64,000 nucleotides of DNA, taken from Rhodospirillaceae bacterium. GTDB lineage: Bacteria > Pseudomonadota > Alphaproteobacteria > SHVZ01. Positions 17,232 to 25,570 of this stretch are shown piece after piece. Every line of letters begins with the position of its first letter. Within the stretch, counting starts at the first letter, position 1. The position numbers and the translations under genes were made by a program. The notes under the pieces were generated by a model. That model did no database searches. It had not been told where the DNA came from and saw only the letters and a list, made by a program, of their open reading frames with translations. The stretch lies in NCBI GenBank assembly GCA_016792585.1, contig JAEULB010000165.1, forward strand, positions 4,337 to 68,336, read 5' to 3'.

Positions 17232-18773
17232 ATGACGTCGGCCGGCCGCGTCAGGGGCGGACGCCAGGCGCGGCAGGCGCAGCGGGCGGGTGCGACCGGC
17301 GCGCCTGCCGTCGTTCCCGGCATCAAGCGCGCCATCCCGACCTACGACCTTTTTGGCGAGGAGGGGCTCGTCCGGATTGAAGCGGCGATCGATACGCTGC
17401 TGCAAGAGATCGGCATGGAGTTCCGCGGCGATCCGCCGAGTCTCAAGCTCTGGCGCGACGCCGGCGCCGACGTAGAGGGCGAGCGCGTGCGCTTCCCGAA
17501 AGGCCTGGTGCGGGACATCGTCCTGCGTTCCACGCCGAAGAGCTTTGTCCATCACGCCCGCAACCCGGCGCGGTCGGTCGTGGTCGGCGGAAACAACGTC
17601 GTCTTCTCGCCGGCCTACGGCTCGCCCTTCGTCTACGACATCGACGAGGGCCGTCGCTACGGATCGCTCGAGCATTTCCAGAACTTCGTGAAGCTCGCTT
17701 ATGCGTCGCCCTGGATGCACCACTCGGGCGGCACGGTGTGCGAGCCGGTGGACCTGCCGGTGAACAAGCGCCATCTCGACATGGTCTACTCCCATATCCG
17801 CTGGTCCGACAAAGCCTTCATGGGCTCGGTCACGGCGGAGGAGCGGGCGGAGGAGTCGATCGAGATGGCGCGTCTCGTGTTCGGCACCGACTTCGTCGAT
17901 CGCAACTGCGTCATCATGGGCAACATCAACGTCAACTCGCCGCTCGTCTACGACGCGGCGATGAGCAAGGCGGCCAGGGCCTATGCGCGCGCCAACCAGT
18001 GCACGGTCGTCGTGCCCTTCATCCTCGGCGGCGCCATGGGGCCGGTGACGACGGCCGGTGCCATCGCCCAGTCGATGGCCGAGGCCATGGTCGGCGTCGC
18101 CCTGTGCCAGCTGGAGCGACCCGGGTCGCCGGCGATCCTGGGAAATTTCCTCTCGTCCACGGCACTCCGCTCGGGTGCACCGACCTTCGGCACGCCGGAG
18201 CCGGCACTGGGCTCGCTCGTAATCGGCCAGCTCACGCGCCGTCTCGGCGTGCCGCTCCGCTGCTCCGGCGCCTTTACGACCTCGAAGATTCCCGACGGGC
18301 AGGCGATGCTGGAAAGCGCCGTCTCGATGCAGGCCGCCGTCCAATGCGGCGCGCATTTCATCCTGCACTCGGCCGGCTGGCTCGAAGGCGGGCTGGCGAT
18401 GGGCTACGAGAAGTTCATCCTCGACGCGGACTTCTGCAGTGCGCTCCACACCTATCTCGCCGGCATTCCGCTGGACGACAACGGGTTAGCCCTGGACGCC
18501 TTCCGCGAGGTCGGTCCGGGCAAGCATTTCTTCGGCTGCGCCCACACGCTCCAGAACTACGAAACCGCCTTCTGGGACTCGGCGATCGCCGACAACAATT
18601 CCTTCGAGCAATGGCGCGATGCTGGCAGCAAAGACGTGATGCGGCGCGCCAACGAGAAGTGGCGTGCCATGCTGCAGGCCTACGAAGCGCCGCCGCTGGA
18701 TCCCGGCATCGACGAGGCCTTGCGGGCCTTCATGGCGAAGACGAAGGAATCTCGCCCCGACGCCTGGCACTGA
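17232..18773 (+). CDS. mttB: Trimethylamine methyltransferase (MttB) superfamily protein, non-pyrrolysine type
   Basis: About 513 aa, uninterrupted (no in-frame TAG). Arg-rich N-terminus then PTYDLFGEEGLVRIEAAIDTLLQEIGMEF...NPARSVVVGGNNVVFSPAYGSPFV, typical of MttB homologues. ATG lies 2 nt after the aminotransferase stop. Confidence 0.85.
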   Translation: MTSAGRVRGGRQARQAQRAGATGAPAVVPGIKRAIPTYDLFGEEGLVRIEAAIDTLLQEIGMEFRGDPPSLKLWRDAGADVEGERVRFPKGLVRDIVLRSTPKSFVHHARNPARSVVVGGNNVVFSPAYGSPFVYDIDEGRRYGSLEHFQNFVKLAYASPWMHHSGGTVCEPVDLPVNKRHLDMVYSHIRWSDKAFMGSVTAEERAEESIEMARLVFGTDFVDRNCVIMGNINVNSPLVYDAAMSKAARAYARANQCTVVVPFILGGAMGPVTTAGAIAQSMAEAMVGVALCQLERPGSPAILGNFLSSTALRSGAPTFGTPEPALGSLVIGQLTRRLGVPLRCSGAFTTSKIPDGQAMLESAVSMQAAVQCGAHFILHSAGWLEGGLAMGYEKFILDADFCSALHTYLAGIPLDDNGLALDAFREVGPGKHFFGCAHTLQNYETAFWDSAIADNNSFEQWRDAGSKDVMRRANEKWRAMLQAYEAPPLDPGIDEALRAFMAKTKESRPDAWH

Positions 18774-18780
18774 GGTTGGG

Positions 18781-21195
18781 TCAGATCCTCATCCGCGCGC
18801 CCATGGGATCGTAGGGGGACGGCGCGATGACCTTCGCCTTCCGCTCGATGCCGACGACATGGGTCGTGAGATCGGTGCCGACTGCAGCATGATCGCGGTC
18901 GATCAGCGCCATGCCGATGCTCTTGCCGATCGTGTGCCCATAGGCGCCGGACGTGATGTAACCGATCATCCTGTCGCCCCGCCATACAGGCTCCCAGCTT
19001 GACGGATCGGCGTCCCCGGCGGCGACCTCCAGCGTCACGAGCTGGCGCTTAGGCCCGGCGTCACGTTCTTTAAGCGCCGCGTCCCTGCCGATGAAGTCCT
19101 TCTTGCCGAAGTCGATCCAGCGCGCGAGCCCGGTCTCTCCCGGCGTATAGACCTGCGTGAACTCGCGGTTCCAGAGCCCGAACGACTTCTCGATGCGGAG
19201 GCTCAGCATGGCGTTGAAGCCGATCTCGACCATGCCGAAATCGGCGCCTGCCTCCTTGAGCGTGCGATAGAGCGTCAGGTGCTCGGCCGCGGGTACGTTG
19301 ATCTCGTACCCCAGCTCGCCATTGACCGAGAGCCGGCCGACCTTGGCGCGGGTCATGCCGACATCGAGCTCGCGGCACCCGAGGAAGCGGAAACCCTGGT
19401 TCGAGACGTCGGCGTTCTGCACCACCGCCTGGAGCAGGTCGCGCGAGCGCGGGCCAGAGAGCGAGAAGCCGACCCAGTCGTCGGAGATGTCTCGGACGCT
19501 GACGCCATCCTCGAGGTGATCCCGGAACCAGCGCATATGCCAGGCGCGGAGATAGTAGGACCCCATGATCCAGAAGCTGCCGTCGCCCCAGTTGAACACC
19601 GAGAGGTCGCCTCGGAGCTTGCCGGACGGCGACAGCATCGGCGCCAGCGCGCAACGGCCCGGGCCCGGCAGCTTCGAGGCCATGAGGCGGTCGAGCCACG
19701 CCTGGGCCTTCGGTCCCGTCACCTCGTAGCGCGAGAAGGCCGAGGTATCGAGCAGGCCGATCGTCTCGCGGGTCTTCCGGCACTCCTCGCCGACGATGTC
19801 ATGGGCGTTCGAGCGCTTGAGCGTCGGCTTCTCCTCGAAATCCTTAGACGGTGCCACATAGAGCGGGATCTCGAGGCCCCAGAGCACGCCCCAGCGCATG
19901 CCGTTCTCGGTCATCGCGTCGTATGCAGGCGCGGTCTTGAGCGGCCGGCCGGCCCAGAGCTGTTCGTTCGGGTAGGTCATGACGAAGCGGCGAGAATAGA
20001 ACTGGCCGGTCGTCTGCTTGAGATACTCACGGTTGGATGCCCAGCCGCCGTAGCGGGCGATGTCCATGCCGTAGATATCGGTCGATGGCTCGCCGTTGAC
20101 CATCATTTCGGCGAGGCTGAGCCCCACGCCGCCGCCCTGGAGGAAGCCCGCCATCACGCCGCAGGCGGTCCAGTAGTTGCGCACGCCCGGCGCCGGGCCG
20201 ACCAGCGGATTGCCGTCCGGCGTGAAGGTGAAGGAGCCGTTGACCCACTTCTTGATGCCGACCTGCTGGAGGGCAGGGAAGCGCCTGAAGCCGATCTCGA
20301 GCTCCGGCGCGATCCGGTCGATGTCCTCCTGGTTCAGCTCGATGCCGAAGTCCCAGGGGGCGCCTTCCATGCGCCAGTGCTTGTAGTTGCGCTCGTAAAG
20401 GCCGACCAGCAGGCCTTTGCCTTCCTGGCGCGTATAGGTGAAGCCCTCGAGGTCGACGATCAGCGGCAGCTCGGAGCCCATCGCCGCGATCTCCGGGATC
20501 GTCTCGGTCACCAGGTAGTGGTGCTCCATCGGCGTCACCGGCAGGTCCAGTCCTGCCATCAGGCCCACCTGCTTGGCCCAGAGGCCGCCGCAGTTGACCA
20601 CGTGCTCGCAGCCGATCGTGCCCTTCTCGGTCACCACGTCCCAGCCGCCCGGCTTCTGCTTCAGCTCCAGCACGCGGGCATGCTCGATGATCGTGGCGCC
20701 ACGCTTCCGGGCGGCGCCGGCATAGGCGTAGGTTGTGCCGTAGGTGTCGACGTGCCCTTCGTTGACGTCGTAGAGCCCGCCCAGAACGTCGCTGACGTCC
20801 ATCAGCGGGTGCATCGCCTTGATCTCGTCGCGTGTCACCAGCCGGGCGGTGTCGATGCCCATGGTCTGGAAGATCCGGTAAGCCGCCTGCAGCCACTCCC
20901 AGCGTTCGGGCGCGCTGGCGACGTTGATGCCGCCGGTCATGTGCAGCCCGACGTCCTGGCCCGACTCGGCCTGGATCTCCTTGAACAGCTTGATCGTGTA
21001 GGCTTGGAGCGCGGCGATGTTCGGGTCGGCGTTCAGCGCATGGAAGATACCCGCCGCGTGCCAGCTCGAGCCCGAAGTCAGCACGTTCCGCTCGACCAGG
21101 GCGATGTCGGTCCAGCCGAGTTTCGCCAGGTGGTACAGAACCGAGCAGCCGACGACGCCGCCGCCGATCACCACGACCCGATAGTGCGATTTCAT
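18781..21195 (-). CDS. Dimethylglycine/sarcosine dehydrogenase-like flavoprotein (FAD DAO domain fused to a GcvT-type folate-binding aminomethyltransferase domain)
   Basis: 804 aa. N-terminal VVVIGGGVVGCSVLYHLAKLG dinucleotide fold. The C-terminal half has GcvT character (SGELGYEI-like NGELGYEINVP). Confidence 0.9.
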   Translation of the reverse strand: MKSHYRVVVIGGGVVGCSVLYHLAKLGWTDIALVERNVLTSGSSWHAAGIFHALNADPNIAALQAYTIKLFKEIQAESGQDVGLHMTGGINVASAPERWEWLQAAYRIFQTMGIDTARLVTRDEIKAMHPLMDVSDVLGGLYDVNEGHVDTYGTTYAYAGAARKRGATIIEHARVLELKQKPGGWDVVTEKGTIGCEHVVNCGGLWAKQVGLMAGLDLPVTPMEHHYLVTETIPEIAAMGSELPLIVDLEGFTYTRQEGKGLLVGLYERNYKHWRMEGAPWDFGIELNQEDIDRIAPELEIGFRRFPALQQVGIKKWVNGSFTFTPDGNPLVGPAPGVRNYWTACGVMAGFLQGGGVGLSLAEMMVNGEPSTDIYGMDIARYGGWASNREYLKQTTGQFYSRRFVMTYPNEQLWAGRPLKTAPAYDAMTENGMRWGVLWGLEIPLYVAPSKDFEEKPTLKRSNAHDIVGEECRKTRETIGLLDTSAFSRYEVTGPKAQAWLDRLMASKLPGPGRCALAPMLSPSGKLRGDLSVFNWGDGSFWIMGSYYLRAWHMRWFRDHLEDGVSVRDISDDWVGFSLSGPRSRDLLQAVVQNADVSNQGFRFLGCRELDVGMTRAKVGRLSVNGELGYEINVPAAEHLTLYRTLKEAGADFGMVEIGFNAMLSLRIEKSFGLWNREFTQVYTPGETGLARWIDFGKKDFIGRDAALKERDAGPKRQLVTLEVAAGDADPSSWEPVWRGDRMIGYITSGAYGHTIGKSIGMALIDRDHAAVGTDLTTHVVGIERKAKVIAPSPYDPMGARMRI

Positions 21196-21264
21196 CTCGT
21201 TCCCAAGCCCCCGAACTGGCTACTGTACGAGCCTAGCCAATTCGAACTCCACCTGAGGATCGCC

Positions 21265-22239
21265 TTGTCTTCAACGAAATTCGCCATGGTCGCCACGACC
21301 GGGAACGAGCGCCATCTCAGGACGATGAAGCAGATCGGCGTGGACCATGTCGTCCACTACGCGATGGACGACCTGCCCGAGTCGGCCGACGACCTGAAGG
21401 CGATCCGGCGCCGCTATGCGGATTTCGGGCTGACCTGGTCGATCGCCGAGTCAGGGCCTGCGATCGATCGGATCGTTCTGGCCAAGGAGGGCTGGCAGGC
21501 GCAGACCGAGCGCTACCAACGCATCGTCGAGGTTCTGGGCGATCTCGGCGTCGGCGTCGTCGCCTACAACTTCATGCCGCAGGTCAGCGATGACGCGATG
21601 GTGATCCGGACCGACCTGGAGGCCAAGGCACGAGGCGGGGCCAAGACCAGCCGCTTCGCTCTCGCCGACATCGGCCCCGACACCATGCCGCATGACGAGA
21701 AGGCGATCCCCCGCGACGAGATGTGGCGGAACCTGGAGCGCTTTCTCGAAGCATTACTGCCGGTCGCCGAGAAGGCAGGGGTCAAGATGGCGATGCACCC
21801 GGACGACCCGCCGATGTCGCCGCTCTGCGGGCTCGAGCGGATCATGGACCGGGTCGAGAGCTTCGAGCGTCTCCTGGCGCTGTCGCCGAGCCCGAGCAAT
21901 GCGGTCACCTTCTGCGCCGGCTGCTTCGGCGAGCTCGGCGTCGACGTGGTCGCGCTGTTCGAGAAGTTCATCGACCGCGTGCCTTACGTTCACGTCCGCA
22001 ACATCGAAGGCGGGCCGACCGACTTCATGGAGACCTTCCCGGACGAGGGCCGTATCGACCTCCCGGGGCTGGTCGGCGCGTTCGAGAAGCGCAGCTTCGC
22101 CGGTTTCGTCCGCCCCGACCATGCGCCGCTGCTCGCGACCGACGGCGACGACATGCCGGCCGGCTACGGCATCCAGGGTCATATTTTCACCATCGGCTAC
22201 ATGCGCGGCCTGCAGCAGGCCACCTCTCGACGGCGGTGA
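21265..22239 (+). CDS. Mannonate-dehydratase (UxuA) family protein, short form
   Basis: This is the C-terminal third of track ORF 19279..22239; upstream of it that ORF is the antisense shadow of the dehydrogenase gene. YNFMP, MHPDDPP and RPDH motifs align with UxuA. Start proposed at TTG 21265 (SD GAGGA 5-6 nt upstream); alternative ATG 21286. Confidence 0.7.
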   Translation: MSSTKFAMVATTGNERHLRTMKQIGVDHVVHYAMDDLPESADDLKAIRRRYADFGLTWSIAESGPAIDRIVLAKEGWQAQTERYQRIVEVLGDLGVGVVAYNFMPQVSDDAMVIRTDLEAKARGGAKTSRFALADIGPDTMPHDEKAIPRDEMWRNLERFLEALLPVAEKAGVKMAMHPDDPPMSPLCGLERIMDRVESFERLLALSPSPSNAVTFCAGCFGELGVDVVALFEKFIDRVPYVHVRNIEGGPTDFMETFPDEGRIDLPGLVGAFEKRSFAGFVRPDHAPLLATDGDDMPAGYGIQGHIFTIGYMRGLQQATSRRR

Positions 22240-23474
22240 ACGACACACCGCCAGTCCCGGGGGGCGAGGACGGCTCGCCCCGATGGCGTGCGACGCTGAT
22301 GGCGATGGTCGCCGTCCAGCTGGTCATGAGCCTCTCGTTCACCTTCGTCAGCCCGATCCTGCCGCTGTTCTTGCCGGAGGTCGGTGTTGCCCATGACGCG
22401 CACGTCTATCTGTGGTCGGGCACGCTCGCAGCAATCACCTCGTTCATGGCGGCGCTGGTTTCGCCGATGTGGGGCCGCATGGCGGACCGGCGCGGGCGCA
22501 AGCTGATGGTGCTCCGCTCCTGCATCGCGATCGGCGTCTGCACGGTGTTGATGGGGCTGGCGCAGAACGTCTGGCACCTGCTCGGGGCGCGGGTCCTGAT
22601 GGGCATCTTCGCCGGCTTCTCCGCCGCCTCGGTGGTCCTCATCTCGACCCAGGTGCCGAAGAACCGTCTGGGCTATGCCCTCGGCCTGATGAGCAGCGGC
22701 CAGCTGATCGGATCCTTGCTGGGGCCGGTGTTCGGCGGAGGTCTCGCCGACCTTGCCGACAGCTACCGACTGCCGTTCTTCGTCAGCGGCGTGATGTCGC
22801 TTGCGGCGGCCGTGCTCTGCTGGTGGTCGGTGCCCGAAGCCTTCACGCCGCCTGAGCGCGGCAAGCCGAAAACGCCGGTGCTGGTGGCGCTTCGCCAGGT
22901 CGGCGCGGTACCCGGCATGGCGGTCCTGGTCGTGATGCTGTTCCTCGCCCAGTTCGCGACCCAGGCGGTTCAGCCGATCGTCGCGCTCTACGTGCAGACC
23001 ATCGTCGGAGACCAGCCGAACCTGGCGACCCTGGGCGGTATCGCGTTGTCGGTGACGGGCCTTGCCGGCATCGTCGCGGTCCCCCTTCTTACCCGGTCCG
23101 GCGACCGGCTCGGCGAGAAGACGGTGCTCTTGATCGCGCTCGCCGGCGCGGCGCTGGCGACCGCGCCGCAGGCGCTTGTCGGGTCGTATTGGGCTTTCGT
23201 CGTCGAACGTCTCGGCCTCGGCCTCTTCGTCGGCAGCATCGTTCCAGTCACAAACGCGCTGATCGCCAAGGTCACGCCCGCCAGCGAGCGCGGCATGACC
23301 TTCGGCATCACGTCCTCCGCCTATTTCCTCGGCAATTCGCTGGGCCCGATGACCGGCGGCGTGGTCGCGGCCTATGCCGGCCTGCCCTGGGTCTTCGTGC
23401 TGACCACGGCCTTCCTCCTGGTCGGGCTTACCTGGGTCGCGGCCGCGGTACCGGGGCGAGGAGAGGCTCCCTAG
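22236..23474 (+). CDS. MFS transporter
   Basis: Part of ORF 21723..23474. GTG 22236 overlaps the UxuA-like stop (GTGA). About 12 TM segments; MGRMADRRGRK resembles MFS motif A. Confidence 0.85.
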   Translation: MNDTPPVPGGEDGSPRWRATLMAMVAVQLVMSLSFTFVSPILPLFLPEVGVAHDAHVYLWSGTLAAITSFMAALVSPMWGRMADRRGRKLMVLRSCIAIGVCTVLMGLAQNVWHLLGARVLMGIFAGFSAASVVLISTQVPKNRLGYALGLMSSGQLIGSLLGPVFGGGLADLADSYRLPFFVSGVMSLAAAVLCWWSVPEAFTPPERGKPKTPVLVALRQVGAVPGMAVLVVMLFLAQFATQAVQPIVALYVQTIVGDQPNLATLGGIALSVTGLAGIVAVPLLTRSGDRLGEKTVLLIALAGAALATAPQALVGSYWAFVVERLGLGLFVGSIVPVTNALIAKVTPASERGMTFGITSSAYFLGNSLGPMTGGVVAAYAGLPWVFVLTTAFLLVGLTWVAAAVPGRGEAP

Positions 23475-25489
23475 ACGTTGTCCCTCGGGATCGACTCCTT
23501 CCAGTTCTTGGCGAAGACGCGGACTCCGTTCTCGAAGGCGTCGAGCGTCGCATCCAGTTCGAAGCTCGTCGGCGTCGCCGTCATCACCGTCCGGCACTCG
23601 GTCTCGATCTCCCAGTCCTTCCGTGCGTAGCGGCTCTTGGAGGTGACCTCGGCGCGGGCCTGCGACGGCTCGCTCGGGTGGATCGAGAAGTCGTCCTGCA
23701 TCCGGCTCGACGTCTCGAGGCCGATGCCGTCGATCAGCGTCGTGCCGCTGTCGTTGACGAAGACGTAGCGAAGCGCGCCGGTCGGCCGGTCGCGTGTGTG
23801 GGTCTGGGTGACCTCGCCCTTCTTGATCGTCGTCGTCTTCAGGACTTCCGGCAACTCGTGCGGCGGCAGCGGCTTAAGTTTGGCATCGTGAGGCGAGGCG
23901 CCCCGGACAGGCAGGACCAGGGCGCTGCCCTCGGAGCGGATCGTCAGCGTCGCCGCTTCCGGCGACGGCCAGGCGAGCGGCCAGTAGGTCGTCGAGATCG
24001 AGACCCGGATGCGATGGCCGGCCGGGAAGACCTGCGCCATGTCGTTGAGCTTGACCTTCACCCGATAGGGCTTGCCCGGCGCCAGTGGCGCCGGGGTCTC
24101 GTGGCTGTCGCGATGAGTCAGGTTGAGAAGTCCGTAGCTGATCCGCGTCGCGGCTCCGCCCGGATACACGTTCGAGAGCCGGACGGCGACCAGCGCCTGC
24201 GGCTTGTCGGAGGAGACTTCCAGTTCGACGATGGGCGCGCCCATGATCTCGACCGCCTGGGCAAGCGGCTCAGTGTCGAACACCAACGATCCGCCGTCGT
24301 CGTCGCGCTGGTCTCCGGGCATGTCTGGGAAGAGGCCGTAGGGGCACCATTTGCCGATCGTCTGGCCGACCGTCTGCGGCGAGCGGATCGAGGAGGCCTC
24401 GGCGCGGGCGGGCCCCGTCGAGAGCCGGCCGGCGTTCATGCTGTAGCGGGTCGGCGTCACGCTTGGCGGGGGCCATGACGGCTCGGCGACCCAGCGGCCG
24501 GGAAGCTCCTTGTAGAAGGTCTGCGGGGGCACGCTTTCCTGCATCCAGATCCGCATCATGGGTTCGTCCATGACGCCGGTCTCGACGCCCTTCAGCCACT
24601 TGTCCCACCAGCGGAGCGCTTCCTTGAGGAACCCGACCGGCGGACCTGGATTCGCCATGTGCGGATAGCGGTGGGCCCACTGGCCGATCATCGCCTTCTT
24701 CGGCCCCGATAGATTCTCCATGAGCCTGGGGATCGCGTTGGTGTAGGCATCAGCCCAGCCGCCGATCGCATAGACTGCGCACTGGATCTTCGAATAGTCC
24801 TCGCAGACCGAGCCGTGCTTCCAGAACTCGTCGCGGCGCTGATGCTCGAGCCAGTTCTTGACCCAGAGCCCGCTGTTCTCGAGCCGGTCCATCCACATGT
24901 CGCGCCAGCGCTCGCCGACCACGGTCGGATCCGGCGGCCGGGCGTTGTGCGAGAACATCGTGGACGCCCAGCGCAGATTGTCGTTGATGACGCAGCCGCC
25001 CATGTAGTGGACGTCGTCGGCGTAGCGATCGTCGGTCGAGCACGAGGTGATGATGGCTTTCAGCGCCGGCGGACGGAGCGCCGCGATCTGCAATCCGTTG
25101 AAGCCGCCCCACGAGTTGCCGATCATCCCGACATTGCCCGAGCACCACTTCTGCCGGGCGATCCAGGCGATTATCTCGACGCCGTCGTTCAGTTCCTGGG
25201 CCAGGTACTCGTCGACCAGAACGCCGTCGGAGTCGCCCGACCCCCGCTGGTCGACGCGGATGCAGGCATAGCCGTGGCCGGCGATGTAGGGGTGCATCAG
25301 GGCGTCGCGGGTCGCGGTCCCGTCGCGGCGTCGGTAGGGGAGGTACTCCAGGATCGCCGGCACCGGGTTCGTCTCGGCGTCGTCCGGCATCCAGACCCGG
25401 GCGGCCAGGCGGGCGCCGTCACTTAAGGTGATCCACATCGTCTCGATTTCCCGCACGCTCCGCGGGAAGGACTTCACGATCACGGTCAT
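23471..25489 (-). CDS. CocE/NonD family hydrolase, copy B
   Basis: C-terminal 672 aa of track ORF 23471..27655. Starts MTVIVKSFPRSVREIETMWITLSDGARLAARVWMPDDAETNPVPAILEYLPYRRRD. Nucleophile elbow GNSWGG. Confidence 0.85.
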   Translation of the reverse strand: MTVIVKSFPRSVREIETMWITLSDGARLAARVWMPDDAETNPVPAILEYLPYRRRDGTATRDALMHPYIAGHGYACIRVDQRGSGDSDGVLVDEYLAQELNDGVEIIAWIARQKWCSGNVGMIGNSWGGFNGLQIAALRPPALKAIITSCSTDDRYADDVHYMGGCVINDNLRWASTMFSHNARPPDPTVVGERWRDMWMDRLENSGLWVKNWLEHQRRDEFWKHGSVCEDYSKIQCAVYAIGGWADAYTNAIPRLMENLSGPKKAMIGQWAHRYPHMANPGPPVGFLKEALRWWDKWLKGVETGVMDEPMMRIWMQESVPPQTFYKELPGRWVAEPSWPPPSVTPTRYSMNAGRLSTGPARAEASSIRSPQTVGQTIGKWCPYGLFPDMPGDQRDDDGGSLVFDTEPLAQAVEIMGAPIVELEVSSDKPQALVAVRLSNVYPGGAATRISYGLLNLTHRDSHETPAPLAPGKPYRVKVKLNDMAQVFPAGHRIRVSISTTYWPLAWPSPEAATLTIRSEGSALVLPVRGASPHDAKLKPLPPHELPEVLKTTTIKKGEVTQTHTRDRPTGALRYVFVNDSGTTLIDGIGLETSSRMQDDFSIHPSEPSQARAEVTSKSRYARKDWEIETECRTVMTATPTSFELDATLDAFENGVRVFAKNWKESIPRDNV

Positions 25490-25570
25490 CGGTTCGCCTC
25501 GTCTGCCATTCGATTGCGCAAGGCCGCCGGCTTGGCTCAAACTGCTAAGGAAACGGGGCCGGGGGAAGCG

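Noticed and set aside
19279-21264. N-terminal two thirds of the 986-aa plus-strand ORF 19279..22239
   Set aside because: It is the antisense shadow of the well-supported dimethylglycine-dehydrogenase-like gene (18781-21195). Only the part after about 21265 has UxuA-family sequence character.
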